A stretch of DNA of 63,909 nt, filler included, from Rozella allomycis CSF55 (taxonomy: Eukaryota): the NCBI GenBank assembly GCA_000442015.1. It is 8 parts of 8 records of this genome, joined end to end, with 100 filler letters (N's around TTAATTAATTAA, not from the genome) between each part and the next. Parts side by side here need not be neighbours in the genome. Positions count along the whole stretch, not along the records: positions 1 to 23,756 come from KE561095.1; 7 more parts are not named here. The stretch is one strand, 5' to 3'. Below are positions 1 through 12,555 of this stretch, in pieces. The notes below the pieces were generated by a model, which searched no databases, was not told where the DNA came from, and worked only from the letters and a program-made list of their open reading frames with translations. Made by a program: the position numbers and the translations under genes. Within the stretch, counting starts at the first letter, position 1. Every line of letters starts with the position of its first letter.

Positions 1-231
1 TGGATAAAAAAAGTAACCAACAAGCGAACTCACACCGGAGGCATCTGACATCAAATAATAATTGCGCATACTTTGCATATTTATAGGTTTAAACTTTTAC
101 ATTTAGTGATTTAGAAAATCAGTTCAAAGAAATTCTACCATTAAGTTTGGTTACTGTAGATTTTACTTTTAGTTTTTATAGCCATGTAACCCACCTTGTC
201 ACAATCCTTTGAATCAATTAAAAATAATGTA

Positions 232-1008
232 TTAACATTTATTATTTTGAAGAACAAAATTTTCGGCATCGCTTCTTTGTTTGAATTTCCTGTATATTGG
301 ATTATCAAAGTTTTGGATCTGTTCTTGAGCCTTCTTAAAGTCCAAGTAAACACCTGGCTTCTTTCCCACAGCGACTGCATAATACCAAACTATATATAGA
401 CAGACCTCCAAATTTTACCCGCATTTTGAGAAGAATGATTTCTCAAAAATTCTTCCGCTTCATTTTTGTTTGCAAAACGTTTGTAAACCGCGCCATCAAA
501 ATTCGCGATTTGTGAATCGGCTTCTTCAAAATTAATGTAAATGCCGGGCTTTCTTCCTACGGCCACTGCATAATACCATTGCGGTTTGCTTTGATCAGCT
601 GCAGCCATTTTTGTTTTCGATGATTTCTGATTCTTCTTACCGCTCCCATTGTTGCTTTTAATACCAATCTTTTCGGTCCTAATTTTGGATCTATATGAAT
701 ACATTTCTTCATCATTAGCGCTTTCATTATTGGTTTCTAATTTCCATCCACACCACTCACCTACCTTGGGCTGCAGAAACATCATCTTCATCAATTATAG
801 CAGGCGGCAAGTCATCGCATTCCTCTTCAAAAAAGTCTTTGTTGGAATATTTATCATGTTCTTGAAGGTATTGTTTTGCCTCTTGGAGAAAATTGAACTT
901 TCTGTATTTCGCCCCAGGATGCCCAACAACGAGCGGTTCCACTTGTTCCCAAGAATCGTATAGTCCATTTTTGCGGCCGACAGCTACTGCATAAAACACT
1001 TTCGGCAT
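232..1008 (-). CDS. Protein of three tandem RNase H1 N-terminal hybrid-binding (caulimovirus viroplasmin-like) domains, about 240 aa, 2 introns
   Basis: Three copies of [FY]YAVAVG[RK]K.G.Y...Y[RK][KR]F....A: ORF 757-1059, ORF 390-794, and a manually read exon 232-389 (VWYYAVAVGKKPGVYLDFKKAQEQIQNFDNPIYRKFKQRSDAENF). GT-AG introns 737-764 and 390-418 join them in frame; stop TAA at 232-234. Confidence 0.85.
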
Positions 1009-1169
1009 TGGTATGTGTGGCTTGCCTCGTAATATTTTTAAAAGTCGGTCAAAATTCAATCACCGCGTTATTAATTATTTCTTAATAATTTAAATAAAGT
1101 ATTGAATATATTCTAATTGTTTCTTAAATTGGACTATGATTTTGTCCCCAGCCACTAAACCCCTGCGTT

Positions 1170-2778
1170 ATGCAAAAGAAAAGAAAGACAGCAAAAGACT
1201 TGATTTCGTCTTCCGAATCAGAAAATGAATTAGGATTTGAAGAGCTAGTATCTGAAGAGGAAAGTGAGATGGGAGATGTTTTACCTGATGCGTTCGAGTC
1301 GTTTGATTCCGACGAAGATGGCAAAGAGCATTTTGAGAGCGAGTCTGAAGAGGAGGAAGAGATATCAGATAATGAAAAGGAAAAGTTGAATCAAGAAGAA
1401 ATCCAGACGAATATATTGCAAACGGAGACAAAGATATTGCCGAGTGGACAGGAGATTGAGAAGGATATGCAGTTGGCGCCTGATTTGCAGCTTGTGCAGA
1501 CGAGAATTCAGCAGATTGTGAATGTTTTGAATAATTTTTCGCAATTGAAAGAAGAGGGCAAGTCTAGAGTTGACTATGTTGAACAGTTGATTGAGGATAT
1601 TGCATTGTATTATGGATATTCAAAGTATTTGTGTGAAATGTTGTTTCATTTATTTCCAGTTTCAGAGGCTATAGAATTTTTTGAAGCGAACGAGGTTCCT
1701 AGACCTGTGACTATTCGTACCAATACGTTGAAGACTAGACGACGTGATTTAGCACAAGCGTTGATTAATCGTGGAGTTAATTTGGATCCTTTGGGAGAAT
1801 GGAGTAATGTTGGATTACAAATTTATGAATCGAATGTGCCAATTGGTGCTACACCTGAATATATGCAAGGGCATTACATGTTGCAAGCAGCAGCGTCCAT
1901 GTTACCAGTTATGGCGTTAGAGCCAAAAGAGAATGAGAGAATATTGGATATGTGTGCAGCGCCAGGAGGAAAGACAACTTATATTGCACAGATGATGAAG
2001 AATACTGGATGCTTATTTGCTAATGATGTTAATAAGGATAGATTGAAGGGTCTTGTTGCGAATGTTCATCGTCTAGGGATTAGAAATGTTGTTGTTTGTA
2101 ATTATGATGGACATCAATTTCCAAAAGTGATTGGGGGTTTTGATAGAGTTCTTTTAGATGCCCCATGTTCAGGTACAGGGGTTATATCAAAAGATCCTTC
2201 AGTTAAAATCAATAAAGTAAAAAAGATTGAAAAGAATAAAAATAGACTGAAAAAGATTTTCAATATTTGCAACATCTTCAAAAAGAATTAATTTTAGCAG
2301 CGATTGATTCAGTTGATGCAAATTCAAAGACTGGTGGAATTATTGTTTATTCTACTTGTTCAGTGACTATTGAAGAAAATGAAGGAGTTATTGATTACAT
2401 TCTTAAAAAGAGACCAAACGTTAAACTAATCCCAACTGGTCTCTCATTTGGTAAAGAAGGCTTCACAAGGTAATTTATTTTTCTATTCTTAAAAGTTTCC
2501 GTGGAAAAAAGTTTCATCCTTCTTTAAATTTAACACGTCGTTATTATCCTCACACTCACAACATGGATGGTTTCTTTGTAGCTAAACTAAAGAAAGTTTC
2601 AAACAAAGTCGCTGGTGTCTCTGAAAATATTTCAAAGAAAGTTAAATTAGATGAATCAGTTGAAGAAGACGTTGGATTCAATAGCGATGAAGATAAAGTA
2701 TACATCGAGAAGTCAAAAAAGAAAAACACCAAAAAGAATACTAAAAGAAAACCATTCAAGAAATCATTCAAAAAATAA
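1170..2778 (+). CDS. NOP2: 25S rRNA cytosine-C5 methyltransferase Nop2
   Basis: Motifs [45 protein letters not shown]; acidic N-terminus; short introns at about 2217-2245 and 2470-2495. Confidence 0.96.
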
Positions 2779-2815
2779 AGCATAAATATTCTCATAAATA
2801 ACAATTCAATGTTCT

Positions 2816-3463
2816 TCAGTATTTATTAATCTTTGCACATGTCGCTTTGGCACATGAATGGCAACTGGTTGGTGTAATTTTACAATATTCATCTTTGCCA
2901 CATTGAGATTTACACGCAGGCACAACAGCTGGACAAGCAACACATTCCTTTATCGGCACACATTTAGCATATGGGCATTTAGTGCAACTTCCTTTGAATA
3001 CTTTGCATTCCTTGCCTTCCTTGCATCCATCTTTACAAACTGGAATGTTCTTTGTACAAGCAACGCATGTCTTGTCTTTTCCATTACTCTTTTTCCCATT
3101 TCCATTTCCTTTGTTCTCTTTCCCACTGTCCTTTCCTTCATTCTTTTTCACACAAGCAGCATTAGAGCACTCAGTGCAAGTAGCCGGCGTTACCTTGCAT
3201 TCCTCATCAGCAGCACAATGGCAATCCTTTTCAGTAGCCACACGCAAGCACGCAACACAATTAGTAAGACTAGTACTCATTGACGGTTTACTCTCGCAAA
3301 CAGCATACGAGCATTTATCACAGGTAGTTGGAATGATCTTGCATTCCTGGCCCTCTTCACATGTAGGGCATGCAGGCACAGAAGCTATACACACTACACA
3401 GTCTTTTGCTAATACTTGAGCAATGCTGGCAAGCAAGAGCAAGGACAATAGAGCGAACCTCAT
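2816..3463 (-). CDS. Secreted cysteine-rich protein with four 8-Cys Opy2-like repeats
   Basis: Signal peptide MRFALLSLLLLASIAQVLA; four CVxC...C..C....C......[TS]C..C....C modules resembling the Opy2 extracellular Cys-rich domain; no TM segment. Confidence 0.8.
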   Translation of the reverse strand: MRFALLSLLLLASIAQVLAKDCVVCIASVPACPTCEEGQECKIIPTTCDKCSYAVCESKPSMSTSLTNCVACLRVATEKDCHCAADEECKVTPATCTECSNAACVKKNEGKDSGKENKGNGNGKKSNGKDKTCVACTKNIPVCKDGCKEGKECKVFKGSCTKCPYAKCVPIKECVACPAVVPACKSQCGKDEYCKITPTSCHSCAKATCAKINKY

Positions 3464-3871
3464 TAATCTCCGAGTAACCGGGAGCAGGGAGCTATATATA
3501 AAATGGCAGTTTAATATTTCCAAATTCATTTACACATAAATTACGTCATTAAACTAGTTTGCAAGGTGTGGCGGGTAGCAATGAAAGATGCTTTTGCCAT
3601 AGATTGTAAAAGTAATGCCTTTGTGCGGATTCCAGTATAAAACGAGTGTCAAACTTTAACAAGAAATCAATTGTCATTTTTAATTCGTATGAGTTCTTTT
3701 GACATTGATTCCATTCCTTATATTGACAATTTAAAATTCCTGCTTAATGTTCTCATAGTGCGGATGAGTTGGTTCCTCGCCTGGGCCATACGAGTTTGAC
3801 CTGTATAAACGTTTCCAACAACATCTAGCTTTTATTTGACCCATTTGCGTCAGTTTGTAGTCGACTGTGGC

Positions 3872-6113
3872 ATGGTCAAAATATTTTCGCCAGCGGATTT
3901 ATGTGAGCTGTTAGATTCGCAGTTTTCGGGATCGATAGTTGCCAAAATTAATGAGAGCGATGATTTGTTTCAAAGGAGGATTGGATGTTTGTTCCTGTTT
4001 TTGCAGAATAACTTTACTGGACCTTATGAAAAGATCAATGGTGTTTGTGATTTGAAAACCGAGGAGGAAGCTAGAAGAGAGCTTAAATGTGACGGAGAAG
4101 ATGTTTTGACGCATATAAAAGATGCAGCGCTGCTTGTCGAGGCGCTGAGGATAGAGGAATGTGAAGATTTTTTGTATAAGAAATGGTGGATGGCTTTAAT
4201 TTTGTTTACTCAGCAGCGGGTGATTGAAAATCCGTGTGAAACATTAAAGAATAAAATATTGGAGAGATTTTGCGAGTGTGATGAGATTAGTGATAAGAAA
4301 ATCTTGGCGCAATTTTATTTGCAGAGAGCTTTGGTTTATAATTATTATAATTGTGATAAAGAGGCAGAAGCAGATATAAAGTTGGCTCAAGAAATGGCCG
4401 ATTTCAAGTGGTCATTTACAGGGGTGTTGGGAAAGAGAACTAGATTTCAAACATTTAATGTATCGCAGCTTGTTTTACAAACAGAGAAAACCAATGTAGA
4501 AGAGGAAGAGAAAGTTGTAGATGTGGCAGAGGTTGAGGGGCCACGTAATCTTGATTTGAATGACGACACTTTATTGGAAAAGATGAAACCAGAAAATGGG
4601 GAAATTGTTGATGAGAGAAAATTAAATCCGTTAGAACAATCTATTCTGATTACGAATTGTTTATTTTTGAAAAGCAAAAGAGCGAAAGATGATATTCTGG
4701 TTGAAGAAATGTTGGCGTTTGTGAGAAGAATTTTGGAGACTTCGACGCATTGGATTGTTTATTCAATGGCACTCTTGCAGAGATCCAGATTAGAAAATAA
4801 TAAAACGAGAACTGTTGAACGTTCAGTTTTGCAGATTAATGCTCTCGTTGATCAATACAGAGATGATGAAACTCCGTCACATAAAAGATTGTATTCAATT
4901 TTTAACGTTCTTTATCCTAATAAAGTTTCGTTGGAGGAAGAATTGGCGGATTCATTTTTGAATCTTGGATTGATAAAATCAGCTCTAGAGATTTACGAGA
5001 GATTAGAATTGTTTGAAGGGATGATAACTTGTTATAAATTATTGGATCAATCATCAAAAGCTGAAGAATTATTAAATAGGAGAATAGAAGATAATCCAAA
5101 TGATTACAAAGCCTTGTTTTATCTTGGTGAATTGAAAAATGACAAGGAGATTTTAATAAAGAGTTGGGAAATTTCAGAAAAGAAATATTCTAAAGCAAAA
5201 CGATTACTTGGCCAACAAGCGTTTAAACAAGGAAAGGTAAATTTATACTTTTATTGTTAAAAGTTTCAAGAATGTATTAGTCATTTACAAGAAGCATTAA
5301 AAGTTAATTCATTATTTGAAGAAACTTGGTTTCTTTTGGGCTGTGCTGCAATGAGAGTTGATGAAATGGAAATTGCCAAAGAAGCTTTCGTAAAAGTTGT
5401 TTCTCTTTCTCCAGATGTAATTAAATTTATTGTAATTAATTAGAATGGAGAAGGATGGAGCAATTTAGCCGCTGTTCAACAAAGACAAGGATTTTATAAA
5501 GATTGTGTTGTTTCGTTAAGACAAGCGTTAAAGACTTCTTTTGATAATTGGAAGATTTGGGAGAATTTATTGTACATGAGCATCAACACTGGAGAACTAA
5601 GCGACGCTCTTCTCGCCCTTAAAAGAATCTTTGAATTAAAAGAAAATTTTGTTGATGTTCAAGTAAATTCATTAATCATTTGTTATAAAGTATCTTGATG
5701 TATTTATTTCAGAAGCCTTGTTGATAAAAGAACAAATTCCTCTTCTTATTAAACAAACAAGCCAATTTCTGGCACTCATTCATTCCAAAATTACTTCAAA
5801 CAAAGAAATTTGGGAAATCTCAGCTAAATTTTATAAAGAAATTGGCGAAATTGAAAAATTTATTGAATCAAAGAGAAAGGCCTATCGCTGCATTCAATCT
5901 TTACCAATCATTACAAACTTTGAGTTAATCGCAGAATCTGCTATCAGTCTTGTTACCATTTTGATGGAATTTAAAAATGATGCAGAAGCTATTTATCAAT
6001 CCCAAACTCTATTACGATCTTTGATTAAAAAGTCTGAGGATTTCGAGAATCATCAATTGTTTTCTCAATTACAAGAACTTTATGAGAGCATTCAACAAGC
6101 GTCGGCTCGTTAA
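3872..6113 (+). CDS. EMW1: TPR protein TTC27/Emw1
   Basis: Motifs FLQNNFTGP, TGVLGKRTRFQTF..SQL, LNDDTLLE, HWIVYSMALLQRSRLE...RTVERS..Q; C-terminal TPR exons split by three about 27-nt introns. Confidence 0.88.
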
Positions 6114-6350
6114 TCGGAAGGTATTAAGTATCAGTAATAAATTTCATATAAGAACTATTTTTTTATTTTTGAGGTGGGCGTGAAGGTCTCTTAGAATTCA
6201 TTATCAACTATCTTTACTATAGGGCTTAGGACAATCGGGAGCGAAAAATGCGCACTTTCACATACCCTCAAAGTGAGTCTGTATTCGAGGCATTTACTCA
6301 ACATACCAATAAGCGTTTCTTAAGTCCGGGTCATAAACTCCTCTTCCGAT
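6113..6350. mobile_element. Degenerate MITE-like element related to 29769-30532
   Basis: About 6260-6350 is similar to about 30436-30532; ends ATCGGAAG...CTTCCGAT are inverted. Confidence 0.4.
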
Positions 6351-6832
6351 AAAATATTCATTCATATTTACTAAAAGATGTTTAATCATTCAAATTAATA
6401 AAAATTCTACTAACATATTAAAGAATCGTTATCGTCTCCGCTTTTTTCTTTGAATACTTAACATTTTATTTTTTTTAAATATATACAATTAAGTCAATAA
6501 TCGTATTTATTAAGGANGTGCCGAGTTGATACGTTAAGACACACTACTCTATCCGATTCAATTTTCAATTTAGGGGCTACGAGAAAGACGAAATCTTTTT
6601 CACCAATGTCGTAATGAAAAGCTGAGAGGCGTTGTTGATCCAAAATTGGTGAAAAGCATTACTGCCGAATGCTCTCGTGATTGTACGCAGCGCGTTTAAC
6701 GTACAGGTAAAAAACAGTTGCATTTAGAAGTTGAAAGCGTCTCCTAAGGTTGAATCATCGATGTCAAGTAACCCTAACCTCAAGGAAAGACATACGATCA
6801 ATAGGAAAAATATATAATTTATTACCCTACAA

Positions 6833-9579
6833 TCAAATAAATTTCACAAAATAACCCCTACCACCATCGACCCTTGGATCTTCCAGCAAAATTCTGACAA
6901 CTTCCATACGTTTATTCTTGAAAGCATAGTAAAGAGCGAAATTGTTAAGGGCACTGGGATCTACTCGAGAATCTTTAATCAAAATTTTAACAACTTCCAC
7001 ATGACCATTAATGGCTGCATATCGAATAGCGTGATTGTCGGAGTCACTTGGATCGACTCTAGAGTCTTGCAGCAAAAATTTCACAATATCAACGTAACCG
7101 TATCTTGCAGCACATCGAATAGTATCATTGCTCAAAGCACTTGGATCTACTCTCGAATCTTTAAGCAAAATTTTAACAACTTCGATACGACCATACCTGG
7201 CTGCATCTCGAATACACTCATTGTTGCAAGCACTTGGATCTACTCTCGAATCTTTAAGCAAAATTTTAACAACTTCGATATGACCATACCCGACTGCATC
7301 TCGAATACACTCATTGTCGCAAGCACTTGGATCTACTCTGGAATCTTGTAGCAAAAATTTCACAACTTCCACGTGGCCGCGCCTTGCAGCACCTCGAATA
7401 GCATCATTGCTGAAAGCACTAGGATCTACTCTCGAATCTTTATGCAGAATTTTAACAACTTCGATATGACCATTAGAGGCAGCACCTCGAATAGCCTCAT
7501 TATCGGAGTCACTTGGATCGACTCTAGAGTCTTGCAGCAAAAATTTCACAATATCAACGTAACCGTATCTTGCAGCACATCGAATAGTATCATTGCTCAA
7601 AGCACTTGGATCTACTCTCGAATCTTTAAGCAAAATTTTAACAACTTCGATACGACCATACCTGGCTGCATCTCGAATACACTCATTGTTGCAAGCACTT
7701 GGATCTACTCTCGAATCTTTAAGCAAAATTTTAACAACTTCGATATGACCATACCCGACTGCATCTCGAATACACTCATTGTCGCAAGCACTTGGATCTA
7801 CTCTGGAATCTTGTAGCAAAAATTTCACAACTTCCACGTGGCCGCGCCTTGCAGCACCTCGAATAGCATCATTGCTGAAAGCACTCGGATCTACTCTCGA
7901 ATTTTTATGCAAAATTTTAACAACTTCCACATCACCAAAAGAGGCAGCGCTTCGAATAGCACTATTGTCGCAGGCACTTGGATCTACTCTGGAATCTTGC
8001 AACAGCACTTTAATAACTTCCACATGACCATGAGAGGCAGCGACTTGAAAAGCAGAATTTTTGGAAGCACTTGGATCTACTCTCGAATCTTTAAGCAAGA
8101 TTTTAACAATTTCCACATCACCACAAGAGGCAACGTGTCGAATAGCACTATTGTCGCAGGCACTTGGATCTACTCTGGAATCTTGCAACAGAACTTTAAT
8201 GACTTCCACATGACCATGAGAGACAGCGAGTTGAAAAGTAAAATTTTCGGAAGCACTTGGATCTATTCTCGAATCTTTAAGCAAAATTTTAACAATTTCC
8301 ACATGACCAAAAGAGGCAGCGCTTCGAATAGCACTATTGTCGCAGGCACTTGGATNTAGAGGCAGCGCTTTGAATAGCACTATTGTCGCAAGCACTTGGA
8401 TCTACTCTCGAATCTTCAAGCAGCAATTTAACAATTTCTAAATGACCATTAGAGGCAGCAAAACGAATAGCGTTATTTTTGCGAGCACTTGGATCTACTC
8501 TTGTATCTTGAAGTAAACTTTTAACAACTTCCGTATGACCAAAAGAGGCAGCTTTTCGCAAAGCAACATTTTCGGAGACACTTGGATCTACTCTGGAATC
8601 TTCAAGCAGAATTTTAACAACTTCCACAAGACCATCAGAGGCAGCGTTTCGAAAAGCACTATTGTCACAAGCACTAGGATCTACTCTGGAATCTTGAAGC
8701 AGCATNGAGAGGCAGCGACTTGAAAAGCAGAATTTTTGGAAGCACTTGGATCTACTCTCGAATCTTTAAGCAATATTTTAACAATTTCCACATCACCACA
8801 AGAGGCAACGTGTCGAATAGCACTATTGTCGCAGGCACTTGGATCTACTCTGGAATCTTGCANGCAACATTTCCGAAGGCACTTGGATCTACTCTCGAAT
8901 CTTTAAGCAAAGTTTTAACAACTTCCACATGACCATTAGAGGCCGCACGCTGAATAGCACTATTGTCGCAATCACTTGGATCTACTCTAAAATCTTTAAG
9001 CAAAATTTTAACAACGTCCACGTGACCATTAGACGCAGCATCTTGAATAGCAACATTGTCGCAAGCACTTGGATCTACTTTAGAATCTCTCAACAAAAGT
9101 TTGACACATTCAGTGACGCCATTCTGACATGCAAAGTGAAACGCATTGTTTAAAGTTTCTGGAGACATGTATTTTTCTTGCAAGAAGGTAAGAAAATCAA
9201 CCANGTCTCTCAACAAAAGTTTGACACATTCATTTACGCCATTCTGAAATGCAAAGTAGAACGCATTGTTAGTAGTTTCTGGAGACATGTATTTTTCTTG
9301 CAAGAAGGTAAGAAAATCAACCAGCCTTTTATAACTTTTGCTGTACCTCAGGATTTCCGTGCAAACGTTTATGGTCAATAATTTACCGCATCTATTTTTG
9401 ATTATCTTCTGAATAATATATGGGCATCTCCAAGAACAACATGTTTCCGGAGCTTGATGAAGGATTGAATGTGAGCAAAATGAACGAAGCCAGCGGGAAG
9501 TTTTTGAGATTTCTTTTATGTCATTTAGGCTTAAATGTGAAAAAATTATGTGCCAAATCTCAAATGGGACGTGGACCAT
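6833..9579 (-). CDS. N-terminal F-box-like domain plus a long array of 31-aa ankyrin repeats (DSRVDPS type); assembly broken by single-N joins
   Basis: N-terminus MVHVPFEIWHIIFSHLSLNDIKEISKTSRWLRSFC; repeats N.AIR.AA..GH.EVVK.LL.DSRVDPSA with 93-nt period; N joins at 8356, 8706, 8863, 9204 break the frame. Confidence 0.8.
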
Positions 9580-9665
9580 TATTTGTGTGGCTTGCCAGTT
9601 GCCCAGGTACCACCTATTATGTACCTTAAATCTTAATAGCTTCTCGTAGAATGTCGGGAATTGTN

Positions 9666-9945
9666 GCAACAAGCTTATACCTTCAATAACCCGCCATTTA
9701 TGAAAACAGCTTGTAGTATGGATTGTATCTTTAAACTAAATAATCCTTCGTTTATTATTGAAACCGTTAAATTGGTTGAAGATGGCAGTAATAGCATTGT
9801 TCTAAGAGTCTACGAGGCTTATGGTGGAAGGGAGTCGGTTATACTTTCATGGTCAGAAAAACTTGAAGTGAAGAAGATTTATTTATGCAATCCATTGGAA
9901 GACGACCTCGTNCTCCATTTCAAATTAAGACTCTTCGCTTCCTGA
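9666..9945 (+). CDS. C-terminal fragment of GH38 (Ams1/MAN2C1-like) alpha-mannosidase
   Basis: AYTFNNP...IIETVKLVEDGSNSIVLRVYEAYGG...CNPLED matches the GH38 C-terminal beta-sandwich; 5' part lost at N join. Confidence 0.75.
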
Positions 9946-11363
9946 TTTAAATAATAAATAATTTAACCTTGCTATTTTATGTGTGAATATTTAGCTTGTT
10001 GTATGCCTATGTCCATTTATTTACACAGATACGTGGCAAATTTTGATTAAATATTGTTTCCAATGTGTATTCGGTGTCAGTCTAAAATTTCCAATAGTCT
10101 AACTGCACTCCTTGTAGCAATATATAATTATAGGATAATCCGATAATGGTATGGAAGAAGAAGAAATAAGACCTCAAAGTCAAACATAAGCACCTATCTC
10201 TCTTTATTTTTATTTGACCACGCAAATAATTTGATCGCGCTTTTTGCATATATTTCTTTTTTTACTCCACGTTAATTCACTGGATGCGGTTTACAAAGCC
10301 TAATTTTTTAATATTTAAAAAGAAACATGGAAGGCTTGCCGCTTGGTTAATGGTTTTGACGAATGGATTTCCCTTGCTTTGATAATCAACTTCGGTTGAT
10401 ATATTAAAAAAAATGAGGTTTAGAGGGTATTTCAATACATAAATCCAGCCAAAAAGCATTTTGTTTCTAGCAGTTGTCATCGCTTCGCTCACCATTAAAT
10501 TAATAGATTAAGCACATACAGCCCCGGGTTTCCACAACATTGTCCATGGTTAAGGTTTGTACTCGCTTCACTCGCATTCATATTGCAAAAATGCTTTTAT
10601 GGACTATCTGCTTGAATCAAAGGCGAGTCTAACAAAGCGAATATTGTTTATTTACACTTACACATTCCATTTTACACACATCCGAAACGCTTTCATACGA
10701 CAACTCATAAGCACTCGCAATAACAAATGGGCCAATGCTCTTAATTTTAATAAATTGGTTTCTTTTAGGTGGATTAATTGATTATTTCTTATTATTATTA
10801 TATAATTCCTATAAGAAACTAAATAAAACTTCAAAGAGAATGAGATTAGTAACGGATGTTTATTTATTTTCCGAACCCTTCTTGTACCCTGATTCTTCCC
10901 TGGATACGATCAGATAAGCTTCGTCACACTTCAATTTCGCACTAGAAATCCCATAAGGGCGAAGCTTAGCGGAGTTTGCATAAAAAGTAAGCGGGGTTTG
11001 ACAAAGTTTAAAGGTCTCCAAGTTCACACTTGGAGACCTTGTAATATACTCTTCCAATAAATTCACTTCTTTTACAACATCGTTTCTTCTATTATTTTCT
11101 TCTTTATTATCTTTCTTTTCATTTATTTTTATCATTTTAACAAATGCAGCGTGATCAATTATATTGTTAAACCGTTAACTATCACGGCAACTCCGCTGTA
11201 CCATACAGTTATACCCATCATTAACGGATGTAAACACAATGAGTCTATAATGGAATGTAAACACAATAAAATCTAAATGGACATTAGTAACTTTATTATA
11301 TGAAAAACATTTGTTTCTACAGCTATTCTTGGCGTTGATGTTACAAAATGCTTCTTTGATTAC

Positions 11364-11667
11364 TCACAATGGATCAATAAGACCGCAACGAGCTTGCACG
11401 CTATTGGAATCCTTGATGTTCTTTTGATGAAATAGAGCTGCATGTTCAATCAAACCATTTACATTCATTTGATTTTCATTCAATACAATCCCATTTCCAA
11501 GATTAATGACGATATCAATGAAAGTATTGTTCTCAAAGTCGAACAGGTCGCTCAGGAAAATTCTTTCTTTTGACAGTTTCACCAAATAATACTTGATTGC
11601 CAAGGAATTGACTACAGCATCTTCCCACCAGATTCCAATAGCGTGCAAGCTCGTTGCGGTCTTATTA
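11364..11667 (-). pseudogene. Fragment of a possible Crinkler-type effector protein
   Basis: Open fragment starting at N join with IGIWWEDAVVNSLA, resembling the G..[FW]E..V helix preceding REase domains; weak. Confidence 0.3.
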
Positions 11668-11668
11668 N

Positions 11669-12237
11669 CATTACAACTTAGCGAAGTTCTCACTGGAAGC
11701 TTACTGTGCCGCAGATTGGGCAGGTGTTTTCATTTCATTTCATTACAACTTAGCCAAGTTCTCACTGGAAGCTTACTGTGACGAAGATTAGGCAGGTGAT
11801 ATTGATACACGGAAGTCAACCACTGGATATGTAGAAAAATTGAATGGAAACGCAGTGCTTTGGACGTCTTTGAAGCAGCATATAGTAGCAGTTTCGACAG
11901 TTGAAGCAGAATTTGTCGCGCTCACCTCAGTAGTACAAGAATGCTTATGGATAAACAATTTATTTGAAGAATTAAAACTCAATTTATGAAAACCTATGAT
12001 TATTAGAGAAGACAACAAAGGTGCGATGAGTTTGACTAAAGAAACAACCAATCAAAGAAAAACTAAACATATGGAATTAAAATACTATTTTCTAATAAAT
12101 CATATTGAAACAAAATTTAATAAAGTTGAATATATTAAATCAGAAGAACAGCAAGCTGATATTTTGACGAAAGGTGTTCATTACCCAGTGTTTGCTCAAG
12201 TGAGACAAAGCTTAGGGATTTTAGATTCGACAGGGGG
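11669..12237 (+). mobile_element. Ty1/copia pol remnant (RNase H domain), pseudogenised
   Basis: LEAYCDED*AGDIDTRKSTTGY...KQHIVAVSTVEAEFVAL...REDNKGA...KTKHMELKYYF...QQADILTKG; in-frame stops; purine tract ACAGGGGG before LTR. Confidence 0.9.
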
Positions 12238-12555
12238 TGTTGAAGTAAGCTTTACTGGCAAAGAAGCAAACGAAGCTAAAATCCAGGTAAAGCTTAATGA
12301 AGTGTAAGCACACATCAAAGAAGTCAAAAGAATAATCGCAATGAAAGAAGAAGAAGAAAACACTGAATCAATTATGAATGGAAACAATTTATTAAAATAT
12401 TCCAGAAGAATAGTAGCTATGACAACGTCAGAATATAAAAGGGAAGCAATTGATAAATAAACAATCGGTTTCTATCTCATCTCTCTGATTCACTTTCATA
12501 TTATCATTTTATCTATCCATCCATCCAAGTGGGCCGATAGTGACAGTGTTAAACA
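12238..12555 (+). mobile_element. 3' LTR of the copia element (about 318 bp)
   Basis: Starts TGTTGAA immediately after the polypurine tract, ends TTAAACA (near inverted repeat); internal TATAAAA and AATAAA. Confidence 0.65.

Noticed and set aside
3689-3799. 36-codon ATG ORF or possible ncRNA between divergent genes
   Set aside because: No recognisable protein, snRNA, snoRNA or SRP motif
6833-8700. Regularly spaced repeats as a possible CRISPR array
   Set aside because: 93-nt protein-coding repeats without unique spacers; eukaryotic context, no cas genes
7001-9153. Repetitive + strand ORFs (STWIYSRIFKQNFNNF)
   Set aside because: Antisense shadows of the ankyrin array
10277-11135. Short minus-strand ORF pieces
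   Set aside because: Could not build a consistent spliced model or recognise a domain
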